Positions 13,074 through 24,084 of a stretch of 64,000 nucleotides of DNA are shown piece after piece; position 1 is the first letter of the stretch; each line of letters starts with the position of its first letter. Location: assembly GCA_002189035.1 (NCBI GenBank), contig CM007990.1, positions 5,766,001-5,830,000 of the forward strand. The letters are read 5' to 3'. Below the pieces are notes generated by a model that worked only from the letters and a program-made list of their open reading frames with translations, did no database searches and was not told the origin of the DNA. A program made the position numbers and the translations under genes. Origin of the DNA: Utricularia gibba (lineage: Eukaryota > Plantae > Magnoliophyta).

Positions 13074-13396
13074 TGTTGTCTTCCTCTTCCGCTTTGTGGG
13101 TCGTTGTCTCTTCAGAAAATGACTTCTTTCAGTTCTTCAACATCTAGATAATATCTTCAGTTTATATAACAAAACCAAACTCCAAATTTACTCTTCAGTA
13201 AGAAAAATAAGATTTTCGTAAGAGTTTATCCATTGCGGCACAGAGTTAGATTGGCGGATGCAAATACATGAATGGTGATCTGGCTTTGAAAATATGGAAA
13301 CAAGCAGCAAACTGAAGGATAGAAATTGCCAAGCATCAGGGCAGCTAGCTGTTTGACTCGGTGCTCAGCTCCAGCCAATCCTCACCTCATTTTTGG

Positions 13397-14813
13397 TTAT
13401 ACCTTGTCATCATGGAACCACCATCTCGTCTCCTTTGGAGATCGCCCATTCTTGCAGTTCTTTACATAGCGATCGTTGTCTGCAGGGCGTTGCTGCAGGT
13501 AAAGAGGGGTGAGCTAAGTGCCATCATGTGGAGAGAATGCTTATGTGGAAAAAGGGGATACCTTTTCTGTAGAGCTTGATAGCATGGAGAGAATGCTGAT
13601 GCAGATCGAGCTCACCGTCATGGCTGGTGACCAGGAGTCGTATAGAATGTCTGCAAGTAATGAGTGAACGCTGATGGTATATCAGAACTCTGACATTCAG
13701 ATGATGACCAGCCAAGATGTCTAGATGCACTCAGCTGATAATGAATGAACCCCCTACGCAACTGTAGGGCATGCTTATCTAACAATCTAATAATGATTTA
13801 TACACAAATACAACCTTCAGTCAGTAAAAGACTAATCCAGTACAGAATAAGGCTACATTACTGCAGAAATAAAAGGCATACCGACTGTTTAGGGAATAAC
13901 AACATGATTGTTTTTTATTTTCAAGTCAGTACCTAAACCAACGCAAAAACAGGTATACTGTAACTTCATGAAACGACCCCAATAATCTATCACCTCAGTT
14001 ATTCCTCAACCCTCTAGATTAGTCCTCAAAGACAATAGAATTCCAGAGATCAATACAAAACTCCACAGTGGAAACACAAAAGACCTTCACGGGATCTCAA
14101 GCTCATTTCTTTACCATCACACAAACAACAAAAGTTACCCAATCGTACAGATCAAAGGGCGAAGACACACATGGCCCATAATACAACGAATGCGAAAGAG
14201 GAAAAAAACGAAACTTACCTAAACATATATGGCCATTACTGTAAATGTGAGGATGCATAGGCGCAGGAGGGACAAATATGACCTGTTGCACAAAACACCA
14301 CAGGCCATTTTCAAATCATCACTCTTACAACTTCTTCCCAACATAACATAAAAACAAACCTGCGGGGCCTCCATGGGGTAATGTTCTGGAAAATCTACTT
14401 GAAGCTGGTAAGTTTCGTCCGCGTAAAGCGTCCCCGGGGCCCCGCTCACTTCAATGATCCATCTAATCATGCCGATTATAAACCAATTAGACGCAAAATT
14501 CAGAACAAAGAACAATAAACACATCAAGAACCACACCTCTGAAGATTATCAGTAACCTTGTGCTTGAAACCCGCTGGCGGATTCACCTGCCATTCCACCA
14601 GCTCTTTCTGCAGCCGATTGCATGCGATCTTGCTCAGCGACTTCCCCCCAAGAAAATCAAACCCCAAAACATAAAAACACCATTCAATACATAAAATCGC
14701 AGAATCACTGATCCGACAGGGGAAGAATCACCAAATTCTTGGAAACGAAAAACATGATCAACAATTAAAAAAAGAAAAGAAACCTTGCGCGAAGAAGCCG
14801 AGGGGGAGGTCAT
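13397..14813 (-). CDS. Ubiquitin-conjugating enzyme E2, UBC15-18 (UBE2W-like) group, multi-exon
   Basis: KIACNRLQKEL, HPHIYSNGHICL + DILYDSWSPAMTVSSICISILSML, and C-terminal RSPKETRWWFHDDKV*. Confidence 0.93.
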
Positions 14814-15143
14814 GGCGAGCACAGAAAATTCGAGATACTTTCCTCTCAAGAAGACACAAAAGAAACAGCGATGTGAACGCAGTGGAGCAATAATCAAATG
14901 GATGTCCGAAATATAACTGCCATTTTTTTAAAAGAAATTCCCAATTATATTTTATATTATTCTTAAAAAATAAAATACATTATTTAAATTGTAAGAAGAT
15001 ATTCCCTGAAGAAAATAATATTAATATTAATATTAATCCATATCCGTATTGTTGTCCGCCACAAAAATCTTCATCGGCTTCCTCCGCCAGAAATCCGCAT
15101 TCTCCATATCCCTTCACTCAGAGCTTCACCTTCCTCGGCTCCA

Positions 15144-15953
15144 ATGGCGTTGCCACAAGTTCTACATTCTCCCCCTTGTTCCTCATCCACTTCCTCCTTA
15201 TTCCCCCACTTAAACCCTTCTCCTCCTCCGTGCTTCCATTTTTCTGAGCGCCGGCGGCGACCCATCTCCCTGCGATGCCACTCACACCACGCCAACTCCT
15301 CCTCGGATGATCTGGTCGAACTCCCACTTTTCCCGCTCCCCCTAGTTCTCTTCCCTGGCGCTATCTTACCGCTTCAGATCTTTGAGTTCCGTTACCGAAT
15401 GATGATGCACACCCTCCTCCAAACCGACCTGCGATTCGGTGTCATCTACGCCGACTCCTCCACCGGGGCCGCCGACGTTGGCTGCGTCGGCGAAGTGATC
15501 AAACATGAGCGTCTCGTCGATGATCGATTTTTCTTGATTTGCAAGGGGCAGGAGCGTTTCAGGGTCACCAAACTGGTCCGCACCAAGCCCTATCTGGTGG
15601 CGCAGGTGGTGTGGCTCGAGGATCGACCCGACCCGGAAACGGAGCACGATCTGGATTCTCTGGCGACCGAAGTTGAGAGCTACATGAAAGATGTGATCAG
15701 GTTGTCCAATCGGCTGAACGGGAAAGCTGCTGAAAAGGATGCTGCTATACAAGACATCAGAAGAAATCTTTTTCCAACCCCATTTTCGTTCTTTGTTGGG
15801 AGCACATTTGAAGGTGCGCCAAGGGAGCAACAAGCGCTTCTGGAGCTGGTGGACACAGCAACCAGGTTGAAGCGAGAGAAGGAGACGCTGAGGAACACTT
15901 TGAATTACTTGACTGCTGCTTCTGCTGTCAAGGATGTGTTCCCATCTGCATAG
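15144..15953 (+). CDS. LON peptidase N-terminal (substrate-binding) domain protein, probably plastid-targeted; single exon
   Basis: Ser/Pro-rich transit peptide followed by LPLFPLPLVLFPGAILPLQIFEFRYRMM and KGQERFRV; no AAA or protease domain. Confidence 0.88.
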   Translation: MALPQVLHSPPCSSSTSSLFPHLNPSPPPCFHFSERRRRPISLRCHSHHANSSSDDLVELPLFPLPLVLFPGAILPLQIFEFRYRMMMHTLLQTDLRFGVIYADSSTGAADVGCVGEVIKHERLVDDRFFLICKGQERFRVTKLVRTKPYLVAQVVWLEDRPDPETEHDLDSLATEVESYMKDVIRLSNRLNGKAAEKDAAIQDIRRNLFPTPFSFFVGSTFEGAPREQQALLELVDTATRLKREKETLRNTLNYLTAASAVKDVFPSA

Positions 15954-16052
15954 CAGACAGCAACACTCCCAGATACTTCCTGTGTGTTGCTTAGTTGTTT
16001 TGTGGCAGTTCAATGCTTTTGTGATACATACATGTTGAAGAAAAGTGTCAGC

Positions 16053-16309
16053 TAGAACTTAAGGTTTACCCAAATTCCAACACAAAATGCAGAATCAATG
16101 GAAGGAAAGGTTGAATGGGTGAGAGTAAAAACGTTCTAGTTGGAACCCCACCTCCAGCTCTTTGTTTCTCCTATAGCAAAACATAGAACTTCAGGTTTAC
16201 CCAAATTCCAAAACAAAATGCAGAATCAATGGAAGGAAAGGCTGAATGGGTGAGTAAAAACTTTCTAGTTGGAACCCCACCTCCAGCTATTTGTTTCTCC
16301 TATAGCAAA
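16053..16309. repeat. Tandem duplication with 131-nt period (16053-16180, 16184-16309) plus a partial third copy (16334-16357)
   Basis: Near-identical blocks from AGGTTTACCCAAATTCCAA to TTTGTTTCTCCTATAGCAAA are directly visible. Confidence 0.92.
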
Positions 16310-16825
16310 GCATGGCGCACTGCATCTTCAGATGCTCTTTGTTTCTCCTATAACAAACAACAGCACACTCGTTTCTGAGAAGGAGAAGAGAGCAGCTATT
16401 GGCATCAGCTCCCACAATTGCAGGATCACACACGGTACAACATAATGTGTACTGCAGTATGGGCAAGTTGGATTGTCTCTCTCCACAAAGAGCAGCCATG
16501 ATGCAAACCTTGAGATTCTTACCCATCCATCAGTTCGGATATTTGTCCTGCTTCTGCACTTCCAGTCCAGTGTCACCATGCGCTACCTCCATCTTTGTGC
16601 TACTTCTTCAATGTGTATTAGAGTTTTGGTTGTGATAAGACACATTATTTAGACATTGTTTGTATATTCAGTGAAAGCGGTCTCAACTACATTCTATAGG
16701 CACAAATGTTGATATCCAGCATCTGTGGCCAAACAAGTGCCATCACAAATATATAACATGAGGAAGGTAAAAGCCAGCAGAACTGATACTCATACAGGTG
16801 CCAAAAGGGGGAGAACTCAACTTCT

Positions 16826-17961
16826 CTAATCAGCCCGAGACTGGCCAGCACGGGAAGAGAGGATGATGCCCACTATGAGACCGTAAAGGGCAAGGGCTTC
16901 AGCGAAAATAAGGATCAGAATCATCCCAACGAAGAGTTTTGGCTGTTGTGCATTGGCTCTGTAACAACACACAAATTGCAAGTCAAGGACAAGAATTCAT
17001 AGACTAAACATAGAACAAATTACAGAGCACAGACTGTGCATTTTTACAGCATTGGATGGAATGTTATGCAGAACAAACCAAGATAAACGCACCAGGCCTT
17101 TTACCCGGATACTTTCAATATCCGGCACACATGCATGAGGGTCAACGCATTAGCAATCAAAATAATGTTATCCTAGCCACTTCTCGTGAGATTGCATAGA
17201 AGGAAGCAACGTGTAATACCATTTTACAAAAGGTTTTGCACAGAGATCAAATAAAAAAGATCAGAATTTCATCTCAGAACACCTGAATCAAAGAACTTTA
17301 TGGTTTATAAGCCTTGTCCCGAATGCAAGAAGGGAAAAAGCTACTATATCCAACTATACTTCGCAAAAACTCAAAGAGCAAACATACAAGAAGGGGAAAA
17401 GGAACTAACTTTGATGGGATCTACCAATAAACTAGTTGATGGGATTGAGATAAACAAAAACAAAAACAAAAAAAAATACAAAATTGCATACTTCAAATCT
17501 TGAAACAGAGGATTACCTAACACCAGCATCCCCTACAATTCCAATGGCCATTCCGGCAGCAAGACCAGCGAGACCACAAGCGAGCCCGGAAGAAAGATGT
17601 GCGTATCCATCAAACAAGTAGTAGGACTTCGCCTTGGGATTAATACCGGTACTAATGATCACAGCAATAATCAATCCGTAGATACCCAGAACACCAGCCA
17701 TGACCACCGGAACAATAGACTTCATCACCAACTCAGGCCTCATCACACCCATGGACGCCACACCAACTCCGCTCTTTGCAGTTCCATACGCTGCTCCCAT
17801 ACCTAAAAGCACCAAAATTTTCTCAAAATAGATGGGTAAGGAGCAAAGATCTGAAACAGAAACATTGAATCGCGAAGGTTACAGGAGAAGACTAGAGCTG
17901 CTGCGGCACCGAGGAAGCCGAAAAATGGCGCCGTTTCATCGCCGCTGAACGTCGACGACAT
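16826..17961 (-). CDS. VHA-c: V-type H+-ATPase 16 kDa proteolipid subunit c; 3 exons
   Basis: [39 protein letters not shown]...[11 protein letters not shown], and [16 protein letters not shown]. Confidence 0.97.
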
Positions 17962-18534
17962 TCTCTATTGATTCCGGTTTCTGATGAAACGGGATCTGGG
18001 AAATTTTCGGCGATTTCGTGTTCGTTCGCTGATCAATCAAGGAACTCTGTGGTTTGCAGCAACCCTCTTTATTTTATAATTTCCTCTCAAAAACTATAAA
18101 GTGTTATTTTTTAAAGAAAATTCTTTCATCTCACCAGGGTTTATGCCATCGCCGCCGTGGCGCAGCCCAACATGCCAATCGACACTGATCGTTAAAATTT
18201 CGGGGTCTTCTTCTTCGCCGATTTGCAATTGTCTTGTTTGGTTTTCATCAAAATAGGGTCTTTTTATGCTGGCATGTTCCAGAACTGCTCCTCCGTTGTT
18301 CAACTCCTTCTGGGAAATGAAAGTTTCTTATGCAGTGATGTTTCTCAGTTTTCACTAGAAAACTGTTTCCCCGTAGGCTGTAGTTCAACTCCTTGTGGAA
18401 AACCAGAGTGGAGGCCGGATGTTGATGATTCCTGGGGTTTGCTGGTGGGTATTGGGGTTTTGGTTGAATGTGGTGTTGGTCAAGAATTGTTGTGAATGGG
18501 GATAGCAAGAACGCTTCCGTGTTTCTACTGAATA

Positions 18535-20700
18535 ATGCTGAAAGGATCTCATTTGATGCTTTGTAGCTTTCATAAATTGCAGTCGTTGCGCAATGCTTGC
18601 CCTGGTTCTTTTTTCGCATTTGGGTTTCAGAAAGCTCATCTCATCCATGGTAGAGTTAATGAAGATTTCGAAGGAGAACCTGAGAACGAATGGGAGATAT
18701 TGCTCAAACCTTTTGACTTTGAGGAGCTCAGGAAATCACTCAATAAAATAACCCCCTTTCAGCTGAATAAGCTGCTTCTGCTCCCACTGGACGTGTCAGT
18801 TTGTATGGAATTGTTTCACTGGGCTGGTGGCCTGAAAGGTTACTCTCATTCTGTTGATGTGTATTATACTTTAATTGATAAATTAGGAGCTGCCAAGGAG
18901 TTTAGGCCTGTAGATACATTGTTGTCACAGATGAAAGACGATGGAATAGTTATAAAAGAGTCTGTCTTTATTATGGTTATGAAGCACTACGGGAGGGCTG
19001 GCTTGCCCGGCCAAGCAACCAGGCTGTTGTTTGATATGCGCAGTAAGTTTGCCATCGAACCTACATTTAAATCCTATGACGTTGTTTTGGATGTTTTGTT
19101 AGCTGGGAACTGTCCCAAAGTTGCCCCAAACATTTTTTATGAAATGCTGAGTAGAGGCATATCACCCACAGTTTTCAGTTTTGGTAGAGTGATCAAAGCA
19201 CTTTGTATGGTTAGTGAGCTTGATTCTGCGTGTTCCTTACTCAGAGACATGACAAAGCACGGATGTGTACCAAATTCAGTAATCTATCAGACACTGATAC
19301 ATGCACTCTCTGCTGCTAACAGAGTGAATGATGCTTTGAGGCTTTTGGATGAGATGCTTCTTATGGGCTGTGTTCCAGATGTAAATACATTCAATGATGC
19401 CATAATCGCCCTTTGTCGCCAGCGGCGTGTGCACGAGGCTACAAAGATATTTGATCGCATGCTCATTCGAGGTTTTTCACCTGATTCAGTAAGTTATGGT
19501 GTGCTGATGCAGGGTCTTTGTACCGAAGGCCATGTAGATTATGCAAGGATGTTGCTTAGTAAAGTACTCAATCCATCCACTGTTCTGTTGAATACCATGT
19601 TGAGTGGGTACATATCTAATAGCAGATTTGAAGAAGCAAAGGTTTTTCTAGAAGAGAGTATGATGAATAGCAGCTGTCAGCTTGATATCTACACGTACAA
19701 CATTCTTGTTAGAGGGCTTTGCAGGAGGGATTTGTTGACATCAGCGCATGAAGTAGTGAAGAGCATGCCTCTCAAGGGCTGTGAACCAGATGTGAAAACC
19801 TACACTTTACTTATGGATGGTTTTTGCAGGCAAGGTCGATTTGAGGAAGCTGAAGCCATCATGCGCGAGATGTTGCAGAAAGGACTTCAGCTAAACACAG
19901 TAGGCTGGAACTCTCTGATTTCTGCTCTATGCAAGGATGGACAGGTGGATGAGGCATTGGAACTATTTAGAAGCATGCCAAGCAAGGGATGTAAGCCTGA
20001 CATTTTCACCTTCAATTCGTTGATACATGGGCTTGCAAAAGCAGATAAGATGGATGATGCCTTGTCTTTGTTTAGAGATATGTTTATGCATGGAGTTATT
20101 GCCAATACTGTGACCTACAACACACTGATTCATGCCTTCTTGAGGAAAGGGGCCATTGTTAAAGCACTCGAGCTGGTAAACAGTATGCGTTTCCGAGGAT
20201 TAGCCATGGATGAATACACTTACACCAGCCTCATCAAAGCATTTTGTGAAGAAGGGGCTGTAGACAAAGCCTTGTCACTCTTTGAGGAGATGTGGGCAAG
20301 GGGGATGCCTAGCAGCAACCTAGCTTCCGTTACGTTGATCAGCAGCTTATGCAAATCCGGTCGGATTGAAAGGGCTCTCGAGTTCGTCAGGGAGATGTCT
20401 TTCCGAGGACTGAAACCGGATGTGATCACCTACAACAATCTGATAAGTTGTCTCTGCAAGATGCAACGCATGGAAGAGGCTCTCAGCCTCTTCAGGAAAC
20501 TCGAGAGTTGGGGCATCTCGCCGGACGCTCTCACATACAACATCCTGATCCGTGGTTACTGTAAAGCGGGTTCGCCGGAGAACGCATATACGCTTCTTGA
20601 CAGAGCAGTGGCTTCTGGGTTTACTCCCGACGTTGCAACTTGGCGTAGGCTGGTCATCACTTTGTCGACAAGTTTTGTGCCAAGAATTGATTTTTCATAG
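18535..20700 (+). CDS. MTL1: P-class pentatricopeptide repeat protein, At5g64320/MTL1-like (mitochondrial); single exon
   Basis: 721-aa ORF of tandem 35-aa PPR motifs. N-terminal NEWEILLKPFD...KITPFQL..LL.LPLDV and RDMTKHGCVPNSVIYQTLIH match my recollection of At5g64320. Confidence 0.85.
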   Translation: MLKGSHLMLCSFHKLQSLRNACPGSFFAFGFQKAHLIHGRVNEDFEGEPENEWEILLKPFDFEELRKSLNKITPFQLNKLLLLPLDVSVCMELFHWAGGLKGYSHSVDVYYTLIDKLGAAKEFRPVDTLLSQMKDDGIVIKESVFIMVMKHYGRAGLPGQATRLLFDMRSKFAIEPTFKSYDVVLDVLLAGNCPKVAPNIFYEMLSRGISPTVFSFGRVIKALCMVSELDSACSLLRDMTKHGCVPNSVIYQTLIHALSAANRVNDALRLLDEMLLMGCVPDVNTFNDAIIALCRQRRVHEATKIFDRMLIRGFSPDSVSYGVLMQGLCTEGHVDYARMLLSKVLNPSTVLLNTMLSGYISNSRFEEAKVFLEESMMNSSCQLDIYTYNILVRGLCRRDLLTSAHEVVKSMPLKGCEPDVKTYTLLMDGFCRQGRFEEAEAIMREMLQKGLQLNTVGWNSLISALCKDGQVDEALELFRSMPSKGCKPDIFTFNSLIHGLAKADKMDDALSLFRDMFMHGVIANTVTYNTLIHAFLRKGAIVKALELVNSMRFRGLAMDEYTYTSLIKAFCEEGAVDKALSLFEEMWARGMPSSNLASVTLISSLCKSGRIERALEFVREMSFRGLKPDVITYNNLISCLCKMQRMEEALSLFRKLESWGISPDALTYNILIRGYCKAGSPENAYTLLDRAVASGFTPDVATWRRLVITLSTSFVPRIDFS

Positions 20701-21557
20701 CATCATTGAAACTGCGTTATTTTCAAAATTAAGCGACGTCCAACACAGATTCCCGACTCCCAAATAAACCATCTTCAACACTCCAACCCTAAAAAAGCCA
20801 TCTTTCCTCCCATTCGAACTTGCCCTCCCGAAGGTCGAAATCATTGACCTCTATTCGTGCCTCCCGATCTCACAATCGCCGCTGGAATTTTCCGAATCAA
20901 CGCTTGTGGCGGCGCGCGGCAGGAATTTGTAAACATGACGGCCTCTCTAACTCTTATCAAAGGAAAAAAATCATCGAAGAAACGACCCACAAACTCGACG
21001 CCTACCGGTTGGCATATGGCTCTCGATTCTATCTTTCCGTTGAATGTTAGTTTTCATTTTCTCTATAGGAATTATAGAGTTGAGTGGATCAATGTAGGAA
21101 ATTACCGTCATTAAGTTTAGTGTAGTTTGAATTGATGATGATGAAATACTCAGCTGCTTTCTGAATTTGAGGATTGTCTAGGATTTCCTTCCTTTTAATT
21201 GGGTCAGCTCCTTCTGTGGTATGCACACAATAGCTTTTCCAGTTTTTATTTCTGCCCACTTTTACTCCCTTATCTCTGGCTTCGTTTATTTAAACTGCTT
21301 CTAGATTTGAAATCGTTCAGGTTGGCATTCTATAAAGAAATGCTGAAAAATGTTCTCATTGCGCACTGTATTTTAATACCCCGTCTGCTTTTGTTTGCTT
21401 CTCGTAATGTGAAGCGAAGGAAGTTCTTTTATTTGTTATGTGAAATGGAAAAGAGAAAAGAAGCACCTGGATCTCTAAATAGATTTTATTTTGATCATGG
21501 TAGGTCTCTTCAAATCGTTGATCCTTATGAGCATCACTTGATTGGCTTTCTGGATCA

Positions 21558-24084
21558 ATGATGGATTTCCCAGAATTGGAAGCAATCGAGGGGCTGCGCT
21601 GGACATGGCATTCATGGCCTGTCTCAAAGCCCGAAGTTTCGTCCCTGGTGCTTCCTTTATCGGTAATGTTCACACCGTTAATGCAGTTCAATGAGCTTCC
21701 CATTCTTCACTACGACCCACTTCGGTGCTCAGAATGCTCAGCTGTCTTGAACCCCTATTCCCGTGTTGATTACACTTCCAAAATCTGGTCTTGCTCATTT
21801 TGCTTCCGAAAAAATACATTTCCCAAGTCATATGCACATATCAATGAAAGCAACATCCCTGCAGAGCTTTTCCCCACATTCAGCACTGTTGAATATCAGT
21901 TGGGCCTTGGAACAGGATCTGGGGTGGCTTCAGGTCCTATGAGGAGTGCAAATGGACCATTAGGATTGAAGTCGAATAGTAGTTCATTTTCGACTTTGTC
22001 CACCTATTCAAGCTCATGTCAAGGGTCAGATGCAGCTGGAAATTCTCTTGGACCTGCATTTGTGTTTGTTGTGGATGGTTGCTCGTCAGAGTCAGAGCTA
22101 CGAGCTCTGAAGAGTGAGTTGCTTTACACCATTACACGTTTGCCAGAGAATGCTTTGGTTGGTCTCATTGTTTTTGATGCCATGGTGAGAATATATGATT
22201 TGGGATTCACTGACTGCCTAAAGGCTGTACTTTTACATGGCGAACGCGACATTACATTTGATCAGGTATGCATGTTTTGACTTACGTGGACATCTAGAGA
22301 ATATCATGTATTTTCTGAGCAATTTACTTAGTTCTTCTATTTGATGGTGAAAAAACTCTGTGCATGTTATATTGAAGCTGATTCTTGTGGTGCCTCTCTT
22401 GTTGATGGATTTTCTTGACAATTTTCAGGTCAAGTCATTTTTGGGGCTCTATCATGTGAAGCAGTCTCTTGGAAATTTATTATCAGTCCAAAAACAGGGA
22501 TTTCTGATGCGGTTGTCCGAGTGCGAGTTCAACATAACCACAGCTATTGATGATATAAACTCAACACCGTTGTTGAAACCAGGACACCGGCCGTTGCGGT
22601 GCACCGGTGTGGCACTTCTTGCAGCAGTTGGGCTTCTTGAAGGATGTTCAATAAATACTGGTTCTCGCATCATGTTGTTCACATCAGGACCTGCTACTGT
22701 TGGCCCGGGGATTATTGTTAGCTCTGATCTGTGCGATTCTATTAGAACGCATCGTGACTTAGATAATGGTTATGCCTCCAACTACCAAAAATCTTGCAAG
22801 TTCTATGAGGAACTATCTCACAGACTGTGTGAATCATCCATCGTTCTTGACTTGTTTGCATGCGCTCTGGATCAGGTTGGAGCAGCAGAAATGAAAGTTC
22901 CAGTGGAGAATTCAGGTGGATTCATGATGTTAGGAGAGTCATTTGAATCTGATCAATTCCGAAAATGCATGCGGCATATATTTAGCTGCGATGGGGATGG
23001 AAACTTGAAGATGTTTTTTGATGCAACCATAGAGATAGTGACTACCAGAGATGTGAAAATCTGTGGAGCACTTGGTCCATGCGTTTCTTTGAAGAGGAAG
23101 AATGAGATTGTCAGTGGAACAGTGATAGGTGAAGGTGGCACCCATGTCTGGAAACTGTGTTCCCTCACAGACAAGACAACCATTTGTTTCTTCTTTGAAG
23201 TTGGGAATCAAGTGAAGGCTCAGCCGACGTCTGCATTCCTCATACAACTGAAAACAAACTACCGGAGCAGCAACATGGGACTTCGAAAGAGGGTTACTAC
23301 TGTTGCTAGAAGGTGGGTAGGTAAGAACATGCCAGAGATCACCTCAGGATTTGACCAGGAAGCAGCAGCTGCGGTCATGGCGAGGCTTGCAATTCACAAG
23401 CTGCAGTCAGATTTGTCTCATGAGGTTATTCGATGGCTTGACAAGATGCTGATCCATTTTGCAACCAAATTCGGAGAATATACACCTGAAGATCCATCAA
23501 GTTTCCGCCTCTCGGCCAGCTTCTCATTATACCCTCAGTTCATGTACTACCTGAGGAGATCACAATTCATTGATGTCTTCAACAGCACCCCTGATGAGAC
23601 AGCTTACTTCCGTTTGATGCTAAACCGTGAGGGGGTTGTGAATTCTCTCATCATGGTGCAGCCAACTCTCTTCAAGTACTCATTCGAGGGACCTCCGACG
23701 CCGGTAGTCTTGGACGTATGCTCCATCTCCCCGGATGTAATTCTGCTCTTCGACTCCTTCTTCTACATCGTGATACACTATGGTTCCAAGATCGTGCAGT
23801 GGAGGAAGCATGGGTATCACAATGACCCAACCCATGAGACCTTCAAGAAACTCCTGGAAGCCCCGGTAGTCGACGCTCACCAACTCGTCGCCGATAGGTT
23901 CCCAGTGCCCAGATTCATCCAATGTGATCAGCACAGCAGCCAAGCACGATTCCTTCTAGCTAAGATCAACCCATCTGTCACCCAGAAGTCAAATCACACC
24001 GAAGGGAAGGAAATCGTCTTCACCGATGATGTGAGCTTGGAGGTATTTATCGAACACTTGCAGGAGCTTGCTGTTCAGGGTTAA
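21558..24084 (+). CDS. SEC23: COPII coat protein SEC23 family member; 2 coding exons (21558-22265, 22429-24084)
   Basis: Zinc finger C..C...LNPY...WSCSFC, trunk [20 protein letters not shown], and C-terminal [17 protein letters not shown]...FTDDVSL. Confidence 0.95.

Noticed and set aside
15366-16013. 215-aa antisense ORF over the LON-N gene, and similar shadow ORFs over MCU, ANL2, PPR and the HHCC gene
   Set aside because: These are explained by codon bias of the real gene on the other strand or frame, and they have no independent motifs.
16100-16135. CACCCATTC core (minus strand) resembling miR482/2118
   Set aside because: Only about half of 22 positions match, and the segment would fall on the 5' arm, whereas these mature miRNAs come from the 3' arm.
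16328-16579. 83-aa minus-strand ORF containing CPYC
   Set aside because: It has a single CxxC with no recognisable domain, overlaps the duplicated and UTR region, and has no supporting splice structure.
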